A DNA stretch of 64,000 bases from Candidatus Limnocylindrales bacterium (GTDB lineage Bacteria > Chloroflexota > Limnocylindria > Limnocylindrales > CSP1-4), in assembly GCA_049967415.1 (NCBI GenBank), contig JBMFSS010000005.1, forward strand, positions 6,044 to 70,043, written 5' to 3'. The notes beneath the pieces were generated by a model. That model had not been told where the DNA came from, searched no databases, and was given only the letters and a program-made list of their open reading frames with translations. Shown here piece by piece: positions 19,067 to 26,609 of the stretch. Made by a program: the position numbers and the translations under genes. The stretch's first letter is position 1. Each line of letters begins with the position of its first letter.

Positions 19067-19684
19067 TCAGCTCGCAGCCGGTTCGCCAGCCGTGGCAGCC
19101 GGGGCGGTCTCGCGGCCCAGCGTGATCAGGTAAAGCGGCGTGTGGTCCGGCGGGAGCTCCAGCACGTCGCGGACCGCCAGGTCGTCCAGTGCCCCGACCG
19201 GAGAGGCGCAGAGGTGGAACGCCGTGGCCGCGAGCAGGATGTTCTGGCCCACGTGGCCGGCCTCCACCAGCTCGTAGCGGCGCGACCGCGCACCATAGCG
19301 CCGGTCCATGCGCCCCTCCACGGCGACCAGTACCACGGTGGCCCCGGCCAGGCCGACCGCGTCCTGCGACTCCGCCGCCGTGCACAGCTCGGGGCGACGG
19401 TCACCCCGCAGTACCCGGGCGAACCGGTCCGTCTCCGCCTCGTAGTGGAGCACGCCGGTGGGCGTGACCACGTAGAGCTCCAGCGGGTGGATCCCCCCTG
19501 CCGACGGCGCGGTCCGCAAGCCGCCCGGACCGGTGATCCCCTGGCCCGCCCAGCACAGCGCACGCAGCTCTTCTTCGCTGAGCGGCTTCCGGCACAGATC
19601 GCGCCGCGAGCGCCTCCCCCGCAGGCACGCCCCAAGCGACACCAGGTCCAGTCCGGCTATCGAGGCTGCCTCGACCGACGGCAT
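19067..19684 (-). CDS. SagB/ThcOx-family nitroreductase (FMN-dependent)
   Basis: 'RRSRR', 'WAGQG', 'RTAPSAGGIHPLELY', 'EAGHVGQNILLAA'; ATG with GGAGG SD. Confidence 0.88.
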   Translation of the reverse strand: MPSVEAASIAGLDLVSLGACLRGRRSRRDLCRKPLSEEELRALCWAGQGITGPGGLRTAPSAGGIHPLELYVVTPTGVLHYEAETDRFARVLRGDRRPELCTAAESQDAVGLAGATVVLVAVEGRMDRRYGARSRRYELVEAGHVGQNILLAATAFHLCASPVGALDDLAVRDVLELPPDHTPLYLITLGRETAPAATAGEPAAS

Positions 19685-19813
19685 ACAGCGCACCTCCGTG
19701 GGTGCAGTTTCGGCGCCCGCGCCGGCGACCCGACAGTGCCATCCGGACGTGCTCTCCGACCGCCGCCCGACCGGAACTGCGCCGCCCGGGGCGCGGTGCG
19801 CCACGCGAGCGCC

Positions 19814-20725
19814 CTATGCCACGGCCGCCCCGGGTTCTGCTGACGCAAGCTGCACTCCGGCAGCCCGGCAGTCCTCGGCAAAGCGCGCCTGGCCTTCTTC
19901 CGTGGGCGCCCAGCGGGTTGGGAAGGCGACCAGCCGGGCGAGGCCGGCCTCCGCGTACCGGCCCACCAGGTCCACGCGTGCCTGCCCCGGCTGCCGCATC
20001 TCCTCGTCCCGGGCATAGACCGACAGTCGCAGTGTCGCCGGATCGCGGCCGATCTCCTCGCACCGCGAACGGATGACCGGGATTGCCTCGACGACCTGCT
20101 CAGGCGACACGAAGACCAGGTTCAGCTCGTCGGCGAAACGGGCTGCCAGCCGCCAGGTGACCTCCCGGCCGTTCCCGCCCACGATGATGGGCGGCCGCGG
20201 GTGCTGGATCCCCTTGGGGACGTTGACCGCGCCTCTGACGCTCGCATGGCGCCCCTCGTAGGTGGCCCGTCCGGGAGCAAGCATCCGGGTGATCACCTCG
20301 AGCGCGTCCCGCAGACCAGCCAGTCGTTCGCCGGTGGAGGGGAAGCCATACCCGTAGGCCACCCACTCGTCCTCCTTCCAGCCGCCGCCGATCCCGAGCT
20401 CGAAGCGGCCGGCGCTGGCGACGTCGAGCGTGGAGGCAAGCTTGGCAACCAAGGCAGGGTTGCGGTACCCGGCGCAGATCACCATGTGACCAAGCCGCAC
20501 GCGCGCGGTGTGCAGGGCGATCGCGGTGAGCGTGGTGAACGACTCGAAGGTGATCTCGTCGGTGGTGTCCGGGGTGGTGTGAAAATGGTCGAAGACCCAT
20601 TCGGACTCGAAGCCGAGCGCTTCGGCGTTCCGGGCGAGCGCCATGCTCCTGGCCCAGGCCTGCGCCGCGTCCCAGCCGTCGTACTCGTGTTTCCATCCCT
20701 GCGGCACCAGCAGTCCTACCTGCAT
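19814..20725 (-). CDS. LLM class (probably F420-dependent) oxidoreductase
   Basis: 'WVFDHFH', 'YRNPALVAK', 'GRFELGIGGGW...E..AYG', 'PPIIVGGNG'; ATG with GGAGG SD. Confidence 0.88.
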   Translation of the reverse strand: MQVGLLVPQGWKHEYDGWDAAQAWARSMALARNAEALGFESEWVFDHFHTTPDTTDEITFESFTTLTAIALHTARVRLGHMVICAGYRNPALVAKLASTLDVASAGRFELGIGGGWKEDEWVAYGYGFPSTGERLAGLRDALEVITRMLAPGRATYEGRHASVRGAVNVPKGIQHPRPPIIVGGNGREVTWRLAARFADELNLVFVSPEQVVEAIPVIRSRCEEIGRDPATLRLSVYARDEEMRQPGQARVDLVGRYAEAGLARLVAFPTRWAPTEEGQARFAEDCRAAGVQLASAEPGAAVA

Positions 20726-20831
20726 CACGTCCTCCATTCCGTCTCGCGGGCGCCGATCCCCGCCGGGTGTCTCGTGCGCGGTCTGGACCGCCGCCACCGC
20801 GCGCCCGCTGGAGCGCCGCCGGCGTCCACCC

Positions 20832-21440
20832 TCACGTACTCCGTGGCGCACCCACCTCGTGGTGCCGCAGGCAACGGGCCTCGTAGGTCTCGACGGCCGT
20901 CCGCTCGAACCCACCCACCACGATCAGCGGGTCGTCGCTCGCAGCCGGTTGCCCATTCACGAGCCGCTGGGTCCGGGTTGCGGTGTCGCCGCAGACCATG
21001 CAGATCGCGGTCAGCGTCGTCACCTCGTCGGCGAGCGCCATCAGCACCGGCATCGAGTTGAACGGCCGGCCGGCGAAGTCCAGGTTGAGCCCGGTCGCGA
21101 TCACGTGCCGGCCCGTGGACCGCAAGGTCTGCACCACATCCACGATCCCGGGCTCGAAGAACTCCGACTCCTCGATCCCCACCAGGTCCGCATCGCGTTC
21201 CCGGGCCAGCGTGAGGATGAGGCCCGGCTGGTCGCGCGGCACCAGGGTGGACGGGAAACGGGCATGGCTCCGACTCTCGGCAAACTCTGCCGGCGTCCGG
21301 ACGTCGATATCGGGGCGCACCAACAGCACGCGACGCCGGGCGATCTCCGCACGCCGGAGGAGGCGGAGCAGCTCGTCGGTCTTGCCCGACGACATGCACC
21401 CGGTGATCACGTGCAGCCAGGGATCGGAACGGTAGAACAC
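20832..21440 (-). CDS. tdk: Thymidine kinase (TK1 type)
   Basis: P-loop 'GCMSSGKTDEL', 'GLNLDFAGRPF', Zn sites 'CMVC' and 'YEARCLRHH'. Confidence 0.9.
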   Translation of the reverse strand: MFYRSDPWLHVITGCMSSGKTDELLRLLRRAEIARRRVLLVRPDIDVRTPAEFAESRSHARFPSTLVPRDQPGLILTLARERDADLVGIEESEFFEPGIVDVVQTLRSTGRHVIATGLNLDFAGRPFNSMPVLMALADEVTTLTAICMVCGDTATRTQRLVNGQPAASDDPLIVVGGFERTAVETYEARCLRHHEVGAPRST

Positions 21441-21516
21441 GGGTCCCTCCGAGCGCCAATCGTACCGCCCGGATGCCGGGGCGCGCGCCGCGGCGCCGGG
21501 GATTGCCGCGTGACGA

Positions 21517-22713
21517 TCAGCGCTCGGCGGCCCCGTCCAGCAGCTCCACCGACTCCACCACCGGCAGTCCACGCTCCCGGAGGGCGGCGACGATGGTGGC
21601 CGCCGGCACGACTTCTTCGACCGGATACGCCCCGGGGGCGATTGCACCGGAAGCGATCAGGTGGGCGACGATCGCCGCGTGCCAGCCGGTGGTGCGCTCC
21701 ATGCCCGTGAAACCGAGCGAATCGTCGCGCAGCGCGCGCAGGTCCACAACGGCACGCGCCGGTCTGCCGTCCCGGCGGCCAGTGGCGATGACATGGGCGA
21801 TCACGATGTCCTCGAACTGCTCCGGGGCGCGGATCTGGGGCTCGATCAAGGCGTGGTAGACGTGGCGGGGGATGACCGGGACACCGTCCACCATGATCGG
21901 CTCCTCGGAGAAGAACCCGGCGTCCTGAAATGCCCTGAACTGGGCCACATGCCCCGGGTAGCGAAGCACCTTGTTCCGGATTGAGGCGACTCGACGCCCC
22001 AGCGTCCAGGGCACCGTGGAGCTGCCACCAGCCGAGAAGGCCTCCAGCTCGCCCACCGGGTCTCCCAGGTCCACCAGCTCATACTCGGCCGGGTCGAAGG
22101 TCTCGACGTGCACGACCCGACCGTCGCGGACCCAGTCAGCGCCCCCCGCGTACTCGTTGGTCAGGCCGTCCATGGCGAAGGTGACGCGGTATCTCCACGG
22201 CGGCTCCGGGTGCAGGGGCAGCCCGCCGTCGAGCAGGAGCAGATCGTCCGTCTCGTCGAGGAGCGTGGTCGCGTAGTCCATCAGGTTGTTGGCCAGCCCG
22301 GGGGCCTCGCCGCAGTCGGGCACGATCGCGATCCCCCGGGCACGGGCCCGCTCTGCCAGAGCCACCTGGGCCAGGGCGGTGGCGGTATGGCCGCCCAGGT
22401 CGCACATGCTGGTGCCGGCCTCCAGGGCGGCCTCCGCGATCTGCAGGTTGAGCTTGTAGGAGACCGCGGCGATGAACGCGTCGAGCGGCTGCAGGAATAC
22501 CGCCAGCGCGGCGCGATCCGTGACATCCAGGCGTGCCGCCCGGGCACAATCGCGGCCCGTCAGCCGGTTCACCCGCTCAGCCGCGCGGCGCGCGCTGGAC
22601 TCGTCGATGTCGGCGAGCGTCACCGAGGCCGCCTCGCCACGCACGACGAGGTCGTAGGCTGCGGCAGTCCCCTGCCGTCCTGCCCCCAGGATCCCGTATC
22701 GATAGCTGCTCAT
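21517..22713 (-). CDS. Saccharopine dehydrogenase / lysine 6-dehydrogenase family protein
   Basis: 'GILGAGRQG', 'CDLGG', 'DCGEAPG', 'GGLP..P.PPWRY', 'LRYPGH', 'MERTTG'. Confidence 0.88.
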   Translation of the reverse strand: MSSYRYGILGAGRQGTAAAYDLVVRGEAASVTLADIDESSARRAAERVNRLTGRDCARAARLDVTDRAALAVFLQPLDAFIAAVSYKLNLQIAEAALEAGTSMCDLGGHTATALAQVALAERARARGIAIVPDCGEAPGLANNLMDYATTLLDETDDLLLLDGGLPLHPEPPWRYRVTFAMDGLTNEYAGGADWVRDGRVVHVETFDPAEYELVDLGDPVGELEAFSAGGSSTVPWTLGRRVASIRNKVLRYPGHVAQFRAFQDAGFFSEEPIMVDGVPVIPRHVYHALIEPQIRAPEQFEDIVIAHVIATGRRDGRPARAVVDLRALRDDSLGFTGMERTTGWHAAIVAHLIASGAIAPGAYPVEEVVPAATIVAALRERGLPVVESVELLDGAAER

Positions 22714-22775
22714 GGACTGGCAGTGTAGGCAGCCGCCGGCCGTCGCGCGAACCGATCCGGATGGCGCGGTGTGGA

Positions 22776-22835
22776 GCAGCGCCAGTAGGCAGCGCCAGCA
22801 GGCAGCGCCAGCAGGCAGCGCCAGCAGGCAGCGCC
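22776..22835. repeat. 13-bp tandem repeat GCAGCGCCAG(C/T)AG x4.6
   Basis: Units at 22776, 22789, 22802, 22815 and a partial unit at 22828. Confidence 0.95.
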
Positions 22836-22971
22836 CCACACCCACGAAAGTCCGCGGCTGAGCCGCGCACTGGGACTTGACCGCGGCGCGGTCGGCGCGG
22901 CTTGCGCCACGTCTGGGGGTTGCCGCGCGCGAACCAGTCTGCCCAACCCAGCGATCGCGTGCTCGGCGCCA

Positions 22972-23035
22972 GCACGGCCTGGCGTCCGGCACGGCCTGGC
23001 GTCCGGCGCGGCCTGCCGTCCGGCATGGCCTGGCG
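22972..23035. repeat. 17-bp tandem repeat GCACGGCCTGGCGTCCG x3.8 (degenerate)
   Basis: Units at 22972, 22989, 23006 and 23023. Confidence 0.9.
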
Positions 23036-23490
23036 CAGTGTGGAGCGTCCGCGACTGGATCGCCCTGCCAACGGGGATCGCCCGGCCCATGGGCACCACA
23101 CGACCCACGCCCCCGGGCACCGCTGCCCCTGGAATGTGCGTCCTGCGTGCACTGCCGCTTCACCGATCCAGCGGGATGCGGTACTGCCGCTTTTATGCAC
23201 CACGCGTGCGATAGCGGCATTGACGCCGCGAATGGTCGCTATCGCCCACCGTGAGTGCGTTACCGGTACCGCGGCTCAGCTTTGCGCTATCGCCCACCGT
23301 GGGAGCCATACGGGGACAGGACACGGCGCAGCAGGTGCCCAGATCCCGGTTGCGGCCTGCGATCGATGCGCATCGGCCGGATTCGTGCGGGCGTGGGCTC
23401 CGGAGAACACAACCGCCGGGTGTCAGCACGGCTGACGCCTGCCGTGTCGCGCTCCCCCCGCCACGTACGGCTCACCGGGTGTGCAATAGC

Positions 23491-23651
23491 GGCATCGCGG
23501 CCAGTGGGACCGGATGGCGGCCCGGCGGCATCGCGGCCCGGCAGTACCGCGGCCAGTGAGACCGGATCGCGGCCCGGCGCCATCGCGGCCTGGCGCCATC
23601 GCGGCCAGTGGGACCGGATGGCGGCCCGGCGCCATCGCGGCCAGTGGGACC
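23491..23651. repeat. Compound tandem array built from CATCGCGGCC / AGTGGGACCGGATGGCGGCCCGGCG modules
   Basis: Repeated 'catcgcggccagtgggacc' and 'gcggcccggcg' blocks read directly. Confidence 0.85.
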
Positions 23652-23942
23652 ATGACGCGACGGCGACAGGACGCCGGGCGGGGCTCGATACGCCGGGCAC
23701 AACCGGGCAGCTTTGCCAGGCAGCGAACGGGCACGTCCCGACCGATGGGCGGGGCCTCGTGCCGCGGCAGGCAAGCAATGCGCCGTCAGCGCCCGTTGCG
23801 TGCGGCGCGAGCTGGCGTGGCGGGGGCGACACGGCCGGGCCGGATGCCCGAACGAGCGTCCCCACATGCTCGATGCGTTCTGCCAATGAAACGCAGGGAA
23901 ACGACGGCGCACGCCTGGTTCGTCCCGGCCGCGGGCTGCCAA

Positions 23943-24126
23943 AGCCGCGCGGCCCTCGGCTAACGGGCGCAGGGGGCGGGCCGCGGCCAAGCGCACATCG
24001 GCATCTCGGCGCCGGGGCGCGGCCCAGCGGGCATCGGCGGCCCGGCGCCGCGGCTGCGCGCCTCGGGGGATGGGCACTCGGGGGCGCACCTCGGCGCCAG
24101 AGCCGCGCGGCCCTCGGCTAACGGGC
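23943..24126. repeat. 26-bp direct repeat AGCCGCGCGGCCCTCGGCTAACGGGC (2 copies)
   Basis: Copies at 23943-23968 and 24101-24126. Confidence 0.85.
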
Positions 24127-24210
24127 ACTCGGGGCGCACATCAGCGGCTCGATACCAGAGCTCGGGGGCAAGCCTCAATCTCCGCGTTGGGCATCCAGTA
24201 GGATGTCGAG

Positions 24211-25434
24211 ATGCCCGATTCCGCGATCCTGGAGACCGACGAGCTGTTCGTGGGGCTGCTGGTCGCGATGGCCGTGGTTGCGATCGTCACCCAGCGCGTG
24301 CGGCTCCCGTACACCGTCGCGCTGGTCGTTTTCGGCGCGCTGGTCTCATTCCTGGCGCCACCCATCCATCTGCGGGTCAGCTCGGACCTGGTCCTGCTGG
24401 CACTGCTCCCGGGGCTCGTCTTCGAGGCCGCCTACTCCTTGGACGAGCGCGAGCTGGTCCAGGCCCTGGCCGGGGTCCTGGTCCTCGCGCTCCCCGGCGT
24501 ACTGGTGGTGGCCGCGTTCGTGGGGGTGGTCCTGCACCTGGCCACCGGGCTGGCCATGGGGCCCGCGTTCGTGGTCGGAGCGATGGTGTCGGCCACCGAC
24601 CCAGTCGCCGTCACCTCCAGCATCCGGCGCCTCAAGGCTCCTGCCCGACTCGCAACCCTGGTGGAGGCGGAGAGTCTGCTCAACGATGGAACCGGGATCG
24701 TCGCGTTCACCATCGCCATCGCGGCCACCCGCGGCAGCCTGGATCCGCTTCAGGCGGCGGCGCAGTTCGTGGGAGTGACAGCCGGCAGCGTGGTGGTGGG
24801 CGCCGTCCTGGGCGTGGCGATCTCACGGGCGGCGGCCGCAACGGACGACCACCTGGTCGAACTGACGCTCACCCTCCTGGCGGCCTATGGCACCTACCTT
24901 GTCGCCGATCGCCTGGGGCTCTCCGGGATCATCGCCACGGTCGTGGCGGGAGTAGTGCTGGGAACCTACGGCCGCCGCGTGGGCCTGAGTCCCCGCGTGC
25001 AGGACGCCATCGATGTGGTCTGGGAGTTCCTGGCATTCCTGCTCACAGCCCTCGTTTTCCTGCTGGTCGGTATCGCAATCCCGATCGGCAGGCTGTGGGA
25101 CGGGCTCGGACCGATTGCCTGGGGCGTCGCCGCGATCCTGGTGGGGCGCGGAGCGGTCGTCTATCTCCTCTTCGGCGGCGCCTCGGCGCTCGAACGTCAC
25201 GTCACGGGCCGTGAACAGCTGCCGACGCGGTGGCTGCACGTGCTCTTCTGGGCGGGGCTCCGGGGCGCGGTCGCGGTTGCCCTTGCGCTGTCGCTCCCGG
25301 CTGATTTCCCGGACCGCGAGCTACTCCAGGAGATCACCTTCGGGGTGGTGCTGTTCACGCTGCTCGTGCAGGGCACCTCCGCCGAGCGCGTCGTTCGGTG
25401 GGCCGAATCGCGAGGAGCGCCCGTCGGCACGTGA
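24211..25434 (+). CDS. CPA1 family Na+/H+ antiporter
   Basis: 'LLPGLVFEAA', 'SATDPVAV', 'EAESLLNDG', 'WAGLRGAVAVALAL'; TAGGAT 6 nt before the ATG. Confidence 0.92.
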   Translation: MPDSAILETDELFVGLLVAMAVVAIVTQRVRLPYTVALVVFGALVSFLAPPIHLRVSSDLVLLALLPGLVFEAAYSLDERELVQALAGVLVLALPGVLVVAAFVGVVLHLATGLAMGPAFVVGAMVSATDPVAVTSSIRRLKAPARLATLVEAESLLNDGTGIVAFTIAIAATRGSLDPLQAAAQFVGVTAGSVVVGAVLGVAISRAAAATDDHLVELTLTLLAAYGTYLVADRLGLSGIIATVVAGVVLGTYGRRVGLSPRVQDAIDVVWEFLAFLLTALVFLLVGIAIPIGRLWDGLGPIAWGVAAILVGRGAVVYLLFGGASALERHVTGREQLPTRWLHVLFWAGLRGAVAVALALSLPADFPDRELLQEITFGVVLFTLLVQGTSAERVVRWAESRGAPVGT

Positions 25435-26469
25435 ACCCACGGCCCCGGAGGCCGCCGCGATCCCCGCCAGCACCAGGAGCCCGCCGAGCAGTTGATCCGG
25501 CTGCAGCCACTCGCCCAGCACCACGGGCGAGAGGAGCGCCGCCGAGACCGGGTTCAACAACAGGTAGGCGGACGAGCGGCGGGCGTCGAGCCGACGGACA
25601 GCGGCCACGAGCAGGACCGGGGCGATCGCGCCGGGAGCCACCCCGAGCCAGACCAGCGCCGCTGCCGCGTCGGGCCGGATCACCGGCGGCACCAGCGCGG
25701 CCGGGTCGGAGAGCACCAGCCAGGCCGCGATGGGGACCCCGGTTCCCAGTGCCATCGCGAGTGTGATCAGCGACCCGGGCAGGGCCCAGGGGACCGACCA
25801 GCGTCGCGAAAGGACCAGGAAGAGCGCGTACGAGAGCGCCGCCAGCAGCCCCGTCCCGATCCCCTCGACCGCGGAGCCGGAGAGCCGCAACTGCGCCAGG
25901 AGAGCCGTGCCCGCCAGGGCCAGGACGAAGCCCGCCGCGGCCGTACGGGAAAGCCGCTCGCGCAACACCAGGGGCGCCAGTGCAGCGGCCAGCACCGCGT
26001 ACAGCCCGGCCACGAAGGACGTGATGGTCGCGCCGGCATGATCGACGGCCACGTTCATGGCCACGATGAAGACCGGCCCGCCGACCAGCGCCAGCACCGC
26101 GAGGCGAGCCACTTGCCCCAGCGTCGGCCTCGCCGGTCGGGGACCCAGCGCGCCGGTCGCCAGCGCGGCCGCCACGGCCAGGCTGGCCAGGAGGCCACGC
26201 CAGCCCGCCGTGGCCAGTGGCGTGAAGGAACGGAGGGCCACCGCGGTGGCCACGTACGACGAGCCGAAAAGGACCGCCGTGGCGGCCGCGGCCGCGGCAC
26301 CGAGCCGCTCCTCGCGGCGCCCGGCCTGGATCTGCCAGGCAGGCGCTGTCCGCGCGTCCCCCGACGCTTGAGCTGCCGCCGCCATGGTCTCCTCGGCGTG
26401 ACCGGCCGCCGGCATGGTCTCCTCGGCGGAGATCGCGGGGATCCCCGCCGCCGGTCGCTCAACCGCCAT
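25321..26469 (-). CDS. DMT/EamA family transporter
   Basis: Two EamA repeats ('LFGSSYVA', 'LAPLVLRERL', 'LLNPVSAALL..VVLGE'); ATG with GGAGG SD. Confidence 0.88.
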   Translation of the reverse strand: MAVERPAAGIPAISAEETMPAAGHAEETMAAAAQASGDARTAPAWQIQAGRREERLGAAAAAATAVLFGSSYVATAVALRSFTPLATAGWRGLLASLAVAAALATGALGPRPARPTLGQVARLAVLALVGGPVFIVAMNVAVDHAGATITSFVAGLYAVLAAALAPLVLRERLSRTAAAGFVLALAGTALLAQLRLSGSAVEGIGTGLLAALSYALFLVLSRRWSVPWALPGSLITLAMALGTGVPIAAWLVLSDPAALVPPVIRPDAAAALVWLGVAPGAIAPVLLVAAVRRLDARRSSAYLLLNPVSAALLSPVVLGEWLQPDQLLGGLLVLAGIAAASGAVGSRADGRSSRFGPPNDALGGGALHEQREQHHPEGDLLE

Positions 26470-26491
26470 CGGGGCGCCTCCCCTCGGACGC

Positions 26492-26523
26492 GCGCTGACC
26501 GGGCGTTACCGCCCGGTCAGCGC
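26492..26523 (-). terminator. Perfect 14-bp stem hairpin (GTAA loop on the minus strand) downstream of ppdK; possible terminator or attenuator
   Basis: gcgctgaccgggcg-ttac-cgcccggtcagcgc; no U-tract. Confidence 0.5.
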
Positions 26524-26609
26524 CGTGACACTCCCGCCGGACGTGCGCGAGCTGCACGATCCCGGGGCCGGCCACCGCGCGGCGACCGGCCGGTGGAGGT
26601 GCGGTGCTC

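Noticed and set aside
19067-19684. SagB-like dehydrogenase as a marker of a RiPP (TOMM) cluster
   Set aside because: No YcaO cyclodehydratase or precursor peptide nearby; stand-alone nitroreductase-fold proteins are common
23237-23301. 17-bp exact repeat with a 31-nt spacer resembling a mini-CRISPR
   Set aside because: Only two copies, the repeat is too short, and there are no cas genes or AT-rich leader in the window
22577-24128. ORFs of 100-290 aa across the repeat-rich gap (e.g. 23255-24121, 23287-23886)
   Set aside because: Arg/Gly/Ala/Pro-rich translations of tandem repeats with no family motifs; expected by chance at this GC content
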